64,000 nt of DNA from Tubulanus polymorphus. Taxonomy: Eukaryota; Animalia; Nemertea. Within the stretch, counting starts at the first letter, position 1; the number at the start of each line of letters is the position of its first letter. The notes beneath the pieces were generated by a model. That model was given only the letters and a program-made list of their open reading frames with translations, did no database searches and was not told the DNA's origin. The translations under genes and the position numbers were made by a program. The stretch lies in NCBI RefSeq assembly GCF_964204645.1, contig NC_134030.1:22342210-22406209 (forward strand), given 5' to 3'. Of this stretch, positions 24,701-37,770 are shown one piece after another.

Positions 24701-27700
24701 CTTAAAAGAAATAGCTTTTCTAATAGAAATATATTTCCTAATAATTCAAATTTATTTTCAAAATGCTTATCACGTGACCATTTGAGCCGTTGCAGTTGCT
24801 AGTAATCGCAACCGACATAAGCAGGGAAGCAACTAGGAGGATCTCATATCCCGCTAGTCGGCCTCAGTTGCTGCGAATCGGAGCGCAGTCGACATAAGCT
24901 GGGCTGCGATCGCGGTTGCTCTCAGTTGCGTCGGTAGGCGTCGCGTTGCCTGTCGACATAAGCCAGCCTTTAGGATGATTTCTCAAATACAACAAATAAA
25001 TCTGTTTAAATCTTTATTGTAAGAAATATTTCTCGAATTCGAAAAAGAAACTGTTACTTACAATGAACAATGATTGGATTAAATTGCTGAGGTTCTGGAA
25101 ACGTAAGGTTCTCCTTTACAGCACATCGAAATGACGTTCCATTGTGACGTGTGAAATCAGCTTTGAACTTGTACGTCGTGTCAAAACCCCCCAAGACAGA
25201 TACTCTTTGAGGTTGTGGATCAGGAATTGGCTGCCATTGTTCTGAACCTCTTCTCTTCTGTTGGTATATCACTGTAGGATCGGGCCTTCCACCTTCTGTT
25301 CTACAAGTATATTCTACATTTTCTCCTTCAGTTCTAATGTCAGGTTGTCCGGTGAGATTACCTTGTGTTTGAATTTTATCAGGAAAATCTGAAAGATAAA
25401 AATGTAAATATATTTTTTGGCTACCATTCATTATATGATTATTTCATTTCTTTACGCTTATCAATTTATTATTGTTGCTACTGTGAGAAAATATTCATCC
25501 ATTAAATATAGAAATGTCACTTGAGGTGGCGGGTGTGGTACTTCCCAGAGGTTCAATTAATGTTTAAAAATGCTTAGAAAAACAACAGTTCCTTTTTTAG
25601 ATATCATACTATAGTTTTGTATCATTTGTAACATTTGTAACCAATGAAGAGGGGTATATGTTAACCCGAAAACGTTTAATGACTTATTCAACATGATTCA
25701 TTTATATGAAAAATAAAACTGTTTGTTCTTCTATGGATATTTTAATTATTTGAACACTCTACCGAGCATATATCACTAATGTTTATATATCAGGGATCGT
25801 ATGGGTAATCTAAATCAATAACTTTTAACCGAAAAAGTTTATATTTTTATTTACATTTTGACATTTTAGTTCCAATCCATGTGGACTCAAAATGTATAAA
25901 ACCTTCATATTACAAGGCGTCCCATGTACAAAACTTTTAAGTATAATAAGGTTGAATTTCCAAAAGTAAATACCCGCACTAATACTCATTTCTAGGACAG
26001 TCCCGGACACCCAGCAAAAGTGTTAACTCATACCAGACTTCAGTCTGACATGATATGAAAATAATTTCACTGTTTTTTAACTTACACGTAACATCCATTT
26101 CCATTTGATGTAGTATTTCATTGTGTAGTTTTTTACCACTGTAGTGCGTCAAGTGACATTGAGTCGATGTTGCATGCATTACGTATCTGTGATCGGTCTG
26201 AAGCCTGCTGATAACTCCACCATCGTTCAGCGAAGTATTTACGCCATAATCAATAGGGGAGAAATCTTTTTCGCCTTCAGTATATCCATCAGCATACCAT
26301 TTTACAGTTATGTTTATATTACCGATCTTACTAGTGGCTTTACAAGTACAAGCTAGTGATGGTTTGAATTCATGCAGTTTACACGGATTTTCATTTATCT
26401 TTATACCTATAACAGATTTACATGAAAACATTTACAATTTCAATTTGCTAGAGTCCGTGAAACTGGCAAACACAAACGATTAGATCGGTTTCGGACGATC
26501 TGTTTGTTTTTCAAAAGGACTCTTAAGCTAGGGGTGACAATAGAGTGGTGTACACAGTTGAAATTGATCGATATTTTATAAAAATTCGGATGTTGCAAAT
26601 AGTAATTCAAACATGGCCGACGGTGCAATTTGCAATCCATAGAGCTCTGCAATGCAAAATTTATTGTCGACTAAAACTGCGCTGAAGTAATTTCTGTACC
26701 AGTCACGAGATGAATCTTTCAGAATGATGTTTGGCTAAATGTTTAGCAGATCGTTTTGGATGTAGATACTGAAATTCGATGTTATAAACCTCATATATAC
26801 TCATAGCTTTAAGGATGTGGATATCTTAATATGGATAGAAACTGCTTTAAGTTTCTGTGAACCGTGTGTATGAATAGAGTAGATAAACATAAATCTGGAA
26901 TTCAACTGAAATAAGCTGGTCTCGAACGATTGAACCGGTTATATTGGGGTGATAAATTAGTTGTTTAGATAACGGAAAAGGAAGCCAGAGTTAACAAGCA
27001 AGCTACGTGAATGCTTACGTCACACATTACATATAGAAACGAAGATAGATGAAAGTGACGTTAGGATCTAAGTGGGGAAGCTTGATATAGCAGCAGCCTT
27101 GAGCTCTGGTAAGTTCAAGTATTAAATTTAGCACTAGTGACATACGAAGAAACGTTTTACATAGCTCGGTGGAATGTTGTGACGTGATACTACGTCACAG
27201 GCTATAGCCGCGATCACGCGGAGACGATTTGGCCCGGGCCAACTTGGCACGGATTAGGCTCGGCCAAATTTGGCCCGTTTCTAATTAATGAGCACGCTCA
27301 CACGCAAACCATTCATTCTATACTAAACAATGCTCAAACAAAGCGAAGTGGATCATTTTCGGTGCTAGTTGCAATTCAAACGCAATCATTTGTCTGGCGC
27401 TAAAATTTGGCTTGGGCCTGGACCGACATTTTGGTCGGGCCAAAAATGCTCATGCGATGGCAGCTAATGATGCCGGGCTGTGTAGACGTATACGTCACGA
27501 GAAAGATAATGCAGTAAACTTGGGGTCCAGGGAAACCATGCCCACTAGGGAAGTGGTTCCAAAAGCTCAACATTCTAACAATTTCAATATTCAACGCCCC
27601 CTGGTGACCATATACAGAATCCAATGACCTTGAAACTCACCACAATCATAGAACATGTCACGAACTATAACTTTGTAATTGATCATGGTAACAAAATATG

Positions 27701-30700
27701 CCTAGGAACCAATATAATAAGGAAATATTAAGTTATTCTACTATTCAACGCCCCCTGGTGGCCATATACAAAATCCAATGACCTTGAAACTCACCACAAT
27801 CATAGAACACGTTATGAGCTACAACTTTCTAATTGATTGTGGTAAGAAAATATGCTTAGGTATCAATATAATGTGGAAAAGTTTTTTCCCACTTATGAAT
27901 GAGTACTGCTGACACCAAGATGGCCGCCAATTGCGTCATAATTGGCTGATGAGAAATACCTATCTCAGTTATAAAACGTCCCTTTCCAAAGAATACCCAT
28001 CACAAATTGCAATGAGAAATGGTAAACCATTAGGAAGCTACAGGACTCAGAATTCGGGCCAAAATCAACATTTTTGGGCACTAAAAGGATGGCCATCTTG
28101 ATTCCGATCGACCCAATTTTTGTTACGCTGATGGACGCCGGGGGGATTCACATATATCCGAAAGATCAAGGTAATTGATCAAAGCGTCTTCAAAATTTCC
28201 CTCTAAAAGTTCAAAAATGTGTAAAAAGTGCTGATTTTGGCGAACAACAATGGCTGCCAGTCGGCCATCTTGATTCTGACAGGGCCAGTTTTTGGGCTGA
28301 AGATGTGTCTAGGGTAGATACATGTGTAACCCAAATATCAAGACATTACCTTGAAGCGTCTTCAAAACTTCCCAAAATATCTGGATTCCGTCTACGGACG
28401 GACGACGGACGAAAAGTGAACGCAATAGCCCACTGGGACTTAAGTCCCTAGTGGGCTAAAAAGGGAGGGTTTCAGTACAGTAGGGTGGTTGAGCTAGAGA
28501 GTTAAAGGGTTGAAGATTATGAAAGAACTTGAATGAACATTTTAAGAAGGTATTGGAATAAATGCTGGAACCATAGAACGCACGTCCGATACAACGACCA
28601 GGTGACAATAATCATCAATGTTTGGCTTTCGAAATAAACATTCAACTGACATGGCTTTAACTTCTATGAGCGATGATATTTCACAAAATCTAGAAGCACA
28701 GACGTTTAGAAAGAACCGCCCATACTTACTGATTACATCTGATTGGTAGATTTGACTTTCACTCGGTCCGGCTGAATTGATGGCTACACATTTATACTGT
28801 TTACCAGCCTCAGGTACAATTATCCACAATGTTGATATACACTCTGGTTCCTGTTTAGATGAGGGAAGAGATAATGGAGTCCAGGTCCCTCCTGTTCCAC
28901 TGTTCACGTGCAGCTGGAATTCTACACCAGTCGCTGCATTGTTGCTCTGTTTACAGGTAATATTAACAGTTTTACCTTCTTGCGATAGTAATACACGTGT
29001 ACCCGGTAGTACATTGTCACTGTCAAGTACAACTCCATCAGGTGCTGAAATATCAAATACACAATATACGTAATATTCTTGTACCCGGTAATACATTCAC
29101 ACTGTCCAGCACAACTACATCAGGTGCTGAAATATCAAATACACAATATACGTAATATTCTTGTACCCGGTAATACATTCACACTGTCCAGCACAACTCC
29201 ATCAGGTGCTGAAATATCAAATACACAATATACGTAATATTCTTGTACCCGGTAATACATTCACACTGTCCAGTACAACTCCATCAGGTGCTGAAATATC
29301 AAATACACAATATACGTAATATTCTTGTACCCGGTAATACATTGACACTGTCCAGTACAACTCCATCAGGCGCTGAAATATCAAATACACAATATACGTA
29401 ATATTCTTGTACCCGGTAATACATTCACACTGTCCAGTACAACTCCATCAGGCGCTGAAATATCAAATACACAATATACGTAATATTCTTGTACCCGGTA
29501 ATACATTCACACTGTCCAGTACAACTCCATCAGGTGCTGAAATATCAAATACACAATATACGTAATATTCTTGTACCCGGTAATACATTCACACTGTCCA
29601 GTACAACTCCATCAGGTGCTGAAATATCAAATACACAATATACGTAATATTCTTGTACCCGGTAATACATTCACGCTGTCCAGTACAACTCCATCAGGTG
29701 CTGAAATATCAAATACACAATATACGTAATAATCTTGTACCCGGTAATACATTCACACTGTCCAGTACAACTCCATCAGGTGCTGAAAAAGATACGTCAC
29801 TTTTAGGAAGGCGCCTCGAAATCTTCAAAATTTTAAAGATTTTTTTGGATTGAAATCATCATTTTTGTCTGGTAAAGGATGACCTTATTTTCATTTCGTA
29901 CGTATGGCACTGCTGATTCGCAAGAAAAACCAGTGACTTTTGTCGATGACAACACAACTTGCGATATGTCTGTGTCTTGGAATCAGTATAAAGGATTGAA
30001 CTACTAACAACGTATTCTCAGCTCATAGTGGGACACTGGATGCTGGTTTAAAGTTTTGCGATGAAATTATACCCAGTTCCGACGACTTAGCAGACTTTAT
30101 GGAGAATATCGATTAAAAATGTGGCTGGTGAAAGGATCAACAAGGATAGTTGTTTTGCTTTATAGAAGAATTAGTTAAATCATGGATAAAATTAGTATAA
30201 CGGTTTATAGAATGATTTTAGGATTGATGATTAATCACAATGTAGTTCCGAATTGAAAGTATTTGTACCGTAATTTGTGATGAATTCAAACTTTTGGAAA
30301 TATATTTAATTTAAGTAATCTGGTCCCACTCCGCACGGATGCGCCACCGAGCGGGATTTACGCAAAGCAGCAGAAACAAATATGGCCACCTTTTGAAATT
30401 TCAATGTTAGAAATTGTACAAGAATTTCGATTATTTCAGCTGTTAGGGTTTCAAGGCACAATATAACTAGATGATGTGATATGGCGATGTTAATTAATGA
30501 TAATTCCGCAATGAAGCTAGTCACGAACGGTGCCGATTAAGTGTACAGCGATCAAAAACATGAATTTGCGTAGTTACGTAACTATTTGCCGTAAAGTACA
30601 GACGAAACATGAAGCCTTAATGGCCGTTTACAAAAACATTCTTGCAATCACAATTGAAATATAATAATGATATACAACTTAAGATAAAATTATGGCCTTT

Positions 30701-31639
30701 CTAAAATTATAGCAAAAATATATTATAATTTGTAGTCAGTGCGGAACGTTTGGTTTCGGAACAATAAATGAGGGGTAGACACAATCGACACGTGTGTACT
30801 ACACTCGCTGTATCGACGTTCGCGGCTCTCAACCTAAACAAAACCGGCACCCGACCGGAACCCGCCAACCTGGCCACCTTTTCTACGATTTTACATCTAT
30901 ATGATTAAATCAATTTCCGACAACGTTTTCGCATTTTTTATTCGTGTATCTAGTGTTTCAACGTGTTTATCAGTATACCGGGGGACCCGTGGTTAGGATG
31001 GATCTTTGAATATATATCCCGGCTGTGAGATAAGATTCTTAAATTGATGAAAGTAAACATTCAATGTGAGTTGATATTTGGATAGCATTTTACGCATGTC
31101 TGAAGATATAATAATACAATAATTGAATATTCAAAATGAGTCACTTTTTAGGTGAAATTTTAGTTACATCATTCCAACTGTTATCAGTTGAACCACTATC
31201 ATTTTGTCCCAGATATTTGTGTTACAAGTCTGGTGATAAGTTTTATCGTATGTAATAATACATTTTTGATAAATAGACCCTCATACTAACATAGTACCCA
31301 AGTTTCACCATGATCGACCCACGGCTGAAAAAACCAGACACTCACACAGACAGACTGATAGGTTTCACATAGACAATTTGATGTTATATGTTTATTATAA
31401 TATATTTCTGATCATTTTGTCCCAGATTTGTAAAACAAGTTTCCAAGTGTGATGAATGATACTAATGATAGTAATAAAGTCTGAAATATTTATGCAATAT
31501 TATTTTTCGTGGGTTTTTTCACTGGTGTCGTTGTCTTACGGGTATTGACTCTAAACGCTTGTGGATTGTTGTGCGGGATTAGAATCAACAGTATGATCAT
31601 CACTAAACACTGCTGCAGATTCCTCGACTGATTCCTCAT
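12740..31639 (-). CDS. Gene A: four-Ig-like-domain type-I membrane protein with Cys-rich juxtamembrane tail and C-terminal PDZ-binding-type motif (about 565 aa)
   Basis: Exons: 31540-31639 (leader MRNQSRNLQQCLVMIILLILIPHNNPQAFRVNT), 28730-29044 (D1), 26086-26406 (D2, C...KW...C), 25062-25388 (D3), 23848-24117 (D4), 18612-18665 (stalk), 15616-15717 (TM GGIVAGAVIGILILLIPIILFIMWRR), 15465-15530, optional 15333-15383, 15208-15243, 12740-12846 (ends EGSAV-stop). All junctions are phase 1 with GT-AG. The leader and terminal exon assignments are less certain than D1 to TM. Confidence 0.75.
13113..13772 (+). ncRNA. Tandem array (about 10 x 69 bp) of minimal type-I hammerhead ribozyme motifs
   Basis: Each unit contains TATTC-CTGAAGA-T-GACTAT-taggat-ATAGTC-GAAA-CG-TT-GAATA, i.e. 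stem I, CUGANGA core, stem II, GAAA, palindromic ACGT mini stem III, UH site. Cores are intact in units starting near 13251, 13320, 13527 and 13665 (13734 has the core but lacks the 3-prime stem I strand). Other units carry core mutations. Confidence 0.8.
15860..17897. repeat. 9-bp minisatellite (CCAGTCACC / CCAGTCCCC / TCAGTCCCC variants), about 2 kb, in a gene A intron
   Basis: Direct inspection. Confidence 0.97.
18792..19722. repeat. Same 9-bp family organised into 57-bp higher-order units
   Basis: 19-aa periodicity (QSPSHQVAQSPNTPCHSVP) in the spurious ORF 18756-19841. Confidence 0.93.
19728..19980 (+). mobile_element. LINE ORF2 relic (segment C-terminal to the RT domain)
   Basis: LSFCKYILGVNKFTSNAAVIGELG matches the post-RT motif FCK.ILGV...T.N..V.GELG of non-LTR retrotransposons. 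Disrupted downstream. Confidence 0.65.
20413..21359. repeat. About 950-bp segmental duplication, copy 2, embedded in the intronic minisatellite of gene A
   Basis: Matches 3353-4298 with only scattered substitutions. Confidence 0.95.
21388..23609. repeat. Same 9-bp family with 32-bp derived units and longer higher-order blocks
   Basis: Unit acccagccaccaatcccccagtcacccaatac interleaved with cagtccccc runs. Confidence 0.95.
24305..24969. mobile_element. PIF/Harbinger-type MITE
   Basis: TIR aggctggcttatgtcgaca(a/g)gcaacgc at both ends; TTA target-site duplication on both sides. Confidence 0.88.
27520..28462 (+). mobile_element. Helentron/HINE-like non-autonomous rolling-circle element
   Basis: 5-prime subterminal gcccactaggga is complementary to part of the 3-prime hairpin tagcccactgggacttaagtccctagtgggcta, which is followed by an A-tract. 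Internal about 155-bp direct repeats (27588, 27743) and a ggacggac microsatellite precede the hairpin. The 5-prime boundary is approximate. Confidence 0.6.
28999..29790. repeat. 82-bp tandem repeat spanning the intron/exon boundary of gene A D1 exon (10 acceptor copies)
   Basis: Same unit as 2557-3110. Acceptor positions run from 29045 to 29783 in steps of 82. Confidence 0.95.
30322..30777 (-). repeat. Diverged inverted copy of an about 440-bp dispersed element also at about 3565-4003 and 20625-21064
   Basis: Reverse-complement matches, e.g. gatgtgatatggcgatgttaattaatgataattccgca and gaagctagtcacgaacggtgccgat. Confidence 0.8.
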
Positions 31640-32093
31640 CTTGATTCATCCATTACCTAGAAATAAAAAGACAAACTTCAAATCATCAGCGCATGTAAAC
31701 AATACTGAAGCACGTATAAAATCAAACGGAACCTCTTATAACATTAGTCTCTATGGATCAGTCTCTAGACGAGGCGTTCATATGTAAGTCGTCGAATAAA
31801 CACTATAATCCGTGTAAGCGAAGAAAACTTGAATCTTTATACTAGCAAGCTATTGCTTTAACCATTTTAACATTATCGTTGCTTACCCATTAATAGCCAA
31901 AAGTGCTGAAGATCATTTGACGAATATCGATTATTCCACCCTAGTGTGTTGAGTAATGGGTATACCGCTTAGGGTTAGGTTTAGAGATAGAGGTTAGGGG
32001 ACCAAACCGAAGGTTTGGAGACCCCACTAGTGCACGGGCAGCGGGTTATCCCTGTAAAAAAGTAGTGAGAGTTAATTGTTGTAGTGAGGCGGT

Positions 32094-32399
32094 CTACGGG
32101 ACGTTCATGCCTCGGGGCGTGTTCGTGTCGAGTCGTCGTATCCAGTCTTGTTCGGCTGCTTCGCGGATCGGTCTCGTGGAGCCTGGTAGGTGTTGGAGAC
32201 CGTACACCCGAAAGTGTTCGCGGGTGTGGTCGACTTGGTTGAAGTGGTCCGAGACTGGAGTCGAATTCTTCGTTCTGATGCGTGAGACGTGATGAGTGAC
32301 GCGTTCTCGTAGAGACATTCCGGTTTGGCCGACGTACAGCATGTTGCACTTGGTGCATTCGATGCAGTATACAATTTCACGGGTCGCGCAATTAAGGTC
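32094..32399 (-). mobile_element. GIY-YIG endonuclease domain of Penelope-like type (fragment, no RT)
   Basis: DLNCATREIVYCIECTKCNMLYVGQTGMSLRERVTHH...PVSDHF...AEQDWIRRLDTNTPRGMN: the VY-x-I-x-C-xx-C...YVGQT, R..H and E..WI..L....P.G.N pattern of PLE endonucleases. Locally GC-rich. Confidence 0.85.
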
Positions 32400-33708
32400 G
32401 TTAGGGTAGGGTAGGGTTAGGGTAGGGATCGTTGTGCATTACGACGTATACGACCATGGTTATGTATGACAAATTCAAACTTTATTGGGCATTAAAAAGC
32501 CAGTGTTTGTAACTGATACTGTTTCGGTAAAATCAGGTGTGTACATTATAGAAGATAATTAAGGAATAAAATGAGGAAAAATTTACGATAATTACAGATT
32601 AAGAAATAAATATAATTGAAAATAAAGCTGCAACGCAGTGATAACGGGTTTCTGCCTTGTTGGATTAAATGTCGTACTAGGAAGGTTGCAAAAGATTTCA
32701 CTGATTTTTGCTGTCGTTTATTTTAAGAAGATCAGATTTTACATTTGATTTCAATTTATCTTTTCTAACAGCATCTGCGCAGTAATAACATAGAATAATA
32801 TCCTCGCCCTCCGCATAATGGAGCCAATTTCAACTCGTGAACCATTTGTCATTAAATGCCCGGTTTCGTTTTTCCAAATCTTTTTATAAGAAGTTTTTTG
32901 GTTGATAAGGTTAATCCGGGAGCTGCGTGTGATGAACTGGAGATTAATTGTGAAAACTTAACTAAATTTATAACACTTAATTCATTCACTTTGATTAAGA
33001 ATAAACTACTACTATACTACTACTTAAAGATTAAGTTAAATGCTCTAATTTTAGCTCATTGCATAGAGCAGAACACACAATACAATATATTTATAGAAAG
33101 AAAAAATAAAACAAAAATAAAACAGAAAATAAAAAACACAAAAACGAAAAATGCAATAAACGCGCTTACACATAATAACATATTAACATAATAACATATT
33201 GTGATCGGACCGAGACCAGGTCGGTTCGAATGGCTGGATGCCCAACTGACTTAAAACGTTATAAATATCCAGTATCAAAATTTCCTGTTTATTCTTCAGT
33301 TAGTATACAAAATAATTCCGCGCTGCTAAAAATCTCAAATACAATATTGTTTGCTTATACGCCGAGGAGCTCCGAGAAGCTACTACAACACTCGATTATA
33401 TCCTCGATAAAACGATGCAAAAAAGTAAGGACAGGAACAAAAAACCCTGAAATGAAAATCTAACTTAATCAGTGTCACGGTATGACCAGTGGAAGGGGAG
33501 ACCAGGGGCTTAATAAATCAAATTACCCCTAAAGTTTAAGCGAGATTGAATAGTACCCTTCAATTTTACTCACCAGAAGAAGAGGAAATAGTCCCAGAAA
33601 CGAAATTAGGGAGGGGAACACAGTCCCACACGTCTGCTCCCTACGAAATGACACGACGTAATGACGTGGAAAGTATCAGAGGCTAGGCAAATAAACGAAA
33701 TTCCGCCT

Positions 33709-34336
33709 AGGCTACACAAAAAAAAATCCTGTTTCTCGGGCGTGGCAATCACCAAAATGGGTAGGTAGGTAGGGAATTTTTTTTTCTTTTCATGGAAAAA
33801 AAAAATTCGGTTATTCTTCTAACAGTGGGTAGGTCGCCGTAAATAATTTTTACTGGACCAAATTATTAGTCAGTAATATGATTAACAGCAAGTCGACCAT
33901 AATAATAAAAGGAAATTCAGGTGTTTGTAGTATTACCTATAAAAAAAAACTATATTTTGAACATATTTCACGTAATTCCTGGAATTTTACAATCCAAGGT
34001 CGCCATCAATGTCCGACTAGGAAAGTTGTCTAATCATGGCTGCACCATTTCCAGAATCAAATTGTTAAATCCGATGCAATAAAATGTTTTTATGATGTTG
34101 GTCTCACTGCCGACATCAATTCTTTTATTAAAAAGAAAAAAAATATTTATCAAAAAGAGAAAGGAGAGTTTGGTAGTCGGTCGGCCAAATAAATATTTTT
34201 GAAAGAAGTTATTTCACCCACAATTTTGAAAAAGGGTCGGTAGGCAATTATATTTTATTCTGAAAATGATTATTTGAAACGACGAAATATCGGGTCGGTC
34301 GGGCCCGAGAAACAGAGTTTTCTCTTGGTGTGGCCC
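33709..34336. mobile_element. MITE with GG(C/T)ACAC...CCTGTTTCTCGGGC termini (a solo end also at about 15806-15845)
   Basis: ggctacacaaaaaaaaatcctgtttctcgggc / gcccgagaaacagagttttctcttggtgtggccc. Confidence 0.7.
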
Positions 34337-35162
34337 TAGAGGGGGTGTAAGCTGTTATTAAAAACACACGGGTTTCCTTCCACTAAAGCATACACGTGAC
34401 TGCATCAAACAGTAGTGCACATCAACACCCTCTCTATATAGAGCGTTCATTTTAGAGGTGTTCACTCGTAAATAGTTATGATATCTGTATGCACAAATGA
34501 TAAATATCTGTTTCGATCAAAAGATTTTGGATGCATGTTCTAGTGCACAAACTTTACATCATAACTAGAAATCGGGGTTCAATTCACAATAGGTTTTGGA
34601 TGCATGTTCTGGTGCAAAAAAGTGTACATCAAAACTATAAATCGGAGTCCAATTAACAAAAAAGTGAGACTTAAATACTTTGTCTTGCTGAGTATTTCAA
34701 GTTAGTAACGAAGACAGTAATTGAAATTGAACCGTCTTAAGCCTAAACGGTTTCATGAAACAAAACCCAGATGTGATAGAAAAATGAGTTTTACCTTCAC
34801 GAAACAAACTGTAATATATAAAGTATAGAAAAAGTGAAACTATTCTAAATATCCAAAGACAAAACAACTAGTATCAAAATGATATCCTCATTCACAAAGT
34901 CAAACTACAATTTGTATGAATAGAATATAGATCAATAAGATAAAACTCAAACTATGTATTTTAGTATGTATGAATAGAGTATGTATTGATATAAATGATG
35001 ACACCTCATAAAACTATTGGTTGTTACATATCTACTTTAGATAGACCTGTACAAAGGTCTGAAAATGATCTGTGATATCCTGGACTAATATATCATATCT
35101 AACCCGAAACTTAATCAGTTTATTTGGGTTAAATGAGAAAAAGTGAAAAACTTAAGCTCACT

Positions 35163-35374
35163 AGAGGCGCAGTGGCCGAGTGCTTTACTTTAAGCCTCCA
35201 GTCACTGGTCGCGTCAATACAGGGTTTATGGGTTCAAACCCTGGTGGCGACAGAGTTTCTTGGTCGAAAGTTATTCTTTGGTATCTCCCCCATTGGGAAA
35301 AAGAAACATCGAACTCGCTTAATGATACCCTGCGTGGAGCTGCCTTAGCGGGTTGAGGGTGTTAGAAAAAAAAA
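35163..35374 (+). mobile_element. tRNA-derived SINE-like element
   Basis: A-box tggccgagtg, B-box ggttcaaacc, A-rich tail. No complete cloverleaf. Confidence 0.55.
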
Positions 35375-35547
35375 CAATGACGATATAGAACAATGACAGA
35401 TATGTTTCAACCGGAATAAGGCCTCTTAGTGTTAGTTCCTGGTTTATAGAACCCTATAGAAGACTTATTCTGTTTTATCCATTTTTTTACAATTTCAAAT
35501 TCTATTTCAAGATCATTTTCTATTTTTAATAGAAAATTGTCTATCCT

Positions 35548-37538
35548 TCCCACCCATCCATCCATCCATCCCATCCCATCCCATCCCATCCCATCCCATC
35601 CCATCCCATCCCATCCCATCCATCCATCCATCCATCCATCCATCCCATCCATCCATCCCATCCATCCATCCATCCATCCATCCATCCATCCCATCCATCC
35701 CATCCATCCATCCATCCCATCCCATCCCATCCCATCCATCCATCCCATCCATCCCATCCATCCCATCCATCCCATCCATCCCATCCATCCCATCCATCCA
35801 TCCATCCCATCCCATCCCATCCCATCCATCCCATCCATCCATCCATCCATCCCATCCATCCATCCATCCATCCCATCCATCCATCCATCCCATCCCATCC
35901 ATCCCATCCATCCCATCCATCCCATCCATCCCATCCATCCATCCATCCATCCCATCCATCCATCCATCCATCCCATCCATCCCATCCATCCCATCCCATC
36001 CATCCATCCCATCCCATCCATCCATCCATCCATCCCATCCATCCATCCATCCATCCCATCCCATCCATCCCATCCATCCCATCCCATCCATCCATCCATC
36101 CATCCATCCCATCCATCCCATCCATCCCATCCATCCCATCCATCCCATCCATCCCATCCATCCATCCATCCATCCCATCCCATCCCATCCATCCCATCCA
36201 TCCATCCCATCCATCCATCCCATCCATCCATCCATCCATCCCATCCATCCCATCCATCCATCCCATCCCATCCATCCATCCCATCCATCCATCCCATCCA
36301 TCCATCCCATCCCATCCATCCCATCCATCCCATCCCATCCATCCATCCATCCATCCCATCCATCCCATCCATCCCATCCCATCCCATCCATCCATCCATC
36401 CATCCCATCCCATCCCATCCATCCCATCCATCCATCCCATCCATCCATCCCATCCATCCATCCATCCATCCCATCCATCCCATCCATCCCATCCATCCAT
36501 CCCATCCCATCCATCCATCCCATCCATCCCATCCCATCCATCCATCCATCCATCCCATCCCATCCATCCCATCCCATCCATCCCATCCCATCCCATCCCA
36601 TCCATCCCATCCCATCCCATCCCATCCATCCATCCATCCCATCCCATCCCATCCATCCCATCCCATCCCATCCCATCCATCCCATCCCATCCCATCCATC
36701 CCATCCCATCCATCCCATCCCATCCCATCCCATCCATCCCATCCCATCCATCCATCCCATCCATCCCATCCCATCCATCCATCCATCCATCCCATCCCAT
36801 CCATCCCATCCCATCCATCCCATCCCATCCCATCCCATCCATCCCATCCCATCCCATCCATCCATCCATCCCATCCCATCCCATCCCATCCATCCCATCC
36901 CATCCCATCCCATCCATCCCATCCCATCCATCCCATCCCATCCCATCCATCCCATCCCATCCATCCATCCATCCATCCATCCCATCCCATCCATCCCATC
37001 CCATCCCATCCATCCCATCCCATCCCATCCATCCCATCCATCCCATCCCATCCCATCCATCCATCCATCCATCCCATCCCATCCATCCCATCCCATCCAT
37101 CCCATCCATCCCATCCCATCCCATCCATCCATCCATCCATCCCATCCCATCCATCCCATCCATCCCATCCATCCCATCCATCCCATCCCATCCATCCCAT
37201 CCCATCCATCCCATCCATCCATCCATCCATCCATCCCATCCCATCCCATCCATCCCATCCCATCCATCCATCCATCCATCCCATCCCATCCATCCCATCC
37301 CATCCATCCCATCCCATCCCATCCCATCCATCCCATCCCATCCCATCCATCCATCCATCCATCCATCCCATCCCATCCATCCCATCCCATCCATCCCATC
37401 CCATCCATCCATCCATCCCATCCCATCCATCCATCCCATCCATCCCATCCCATCCATCCCATCCCATCCCATCCATCCCATCCCATCCATCCCATCCCAT
37501 CCCATCCATCCCATCCCATCCATCCCATCCATCCCATC
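35548..37538. repeat. About 2-kb mixed (CCAT)/(CCCAT) microsatellite
   Basis: Pure mixture of 4- and 5-mers. It explains the four spurious about 700-aa ORFs. Confidence 0.98.
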
Positions 37539-37770
37539 CGGCCGTTGCATTGTAGCGTAATTGGTCCAGCAAAGGGCACAATTAATTTCATCGCGTCGTA
37601 TGTCCTCTGATTCCATCTCATAGTGATCTCCCATTCCAATTAAAGGGGAACTGCAGTTAAACAATTTCAATATATTTTGAAAGTATTTTCTCTTGTGAGT
37701 ACCTTCTCGAACTAAGCACTATTAGACGAAACGATTCCGAGGCGAGGAATGAGTTATATTCGCACTCTTA

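Noticed and set aside
29850-30115. Possible plus-strand coding relic (FSAHSGTLDAGLKFC)
   Set aside because: Multiple stops and no recognisable family.
35407-37670. Four 670-720 aa ORFs (WDGM / HPSI repeats)
   Set aside because: Translations of a CCAT/CCCAT microsatellite that lacks stop codons; no splice or domain support.
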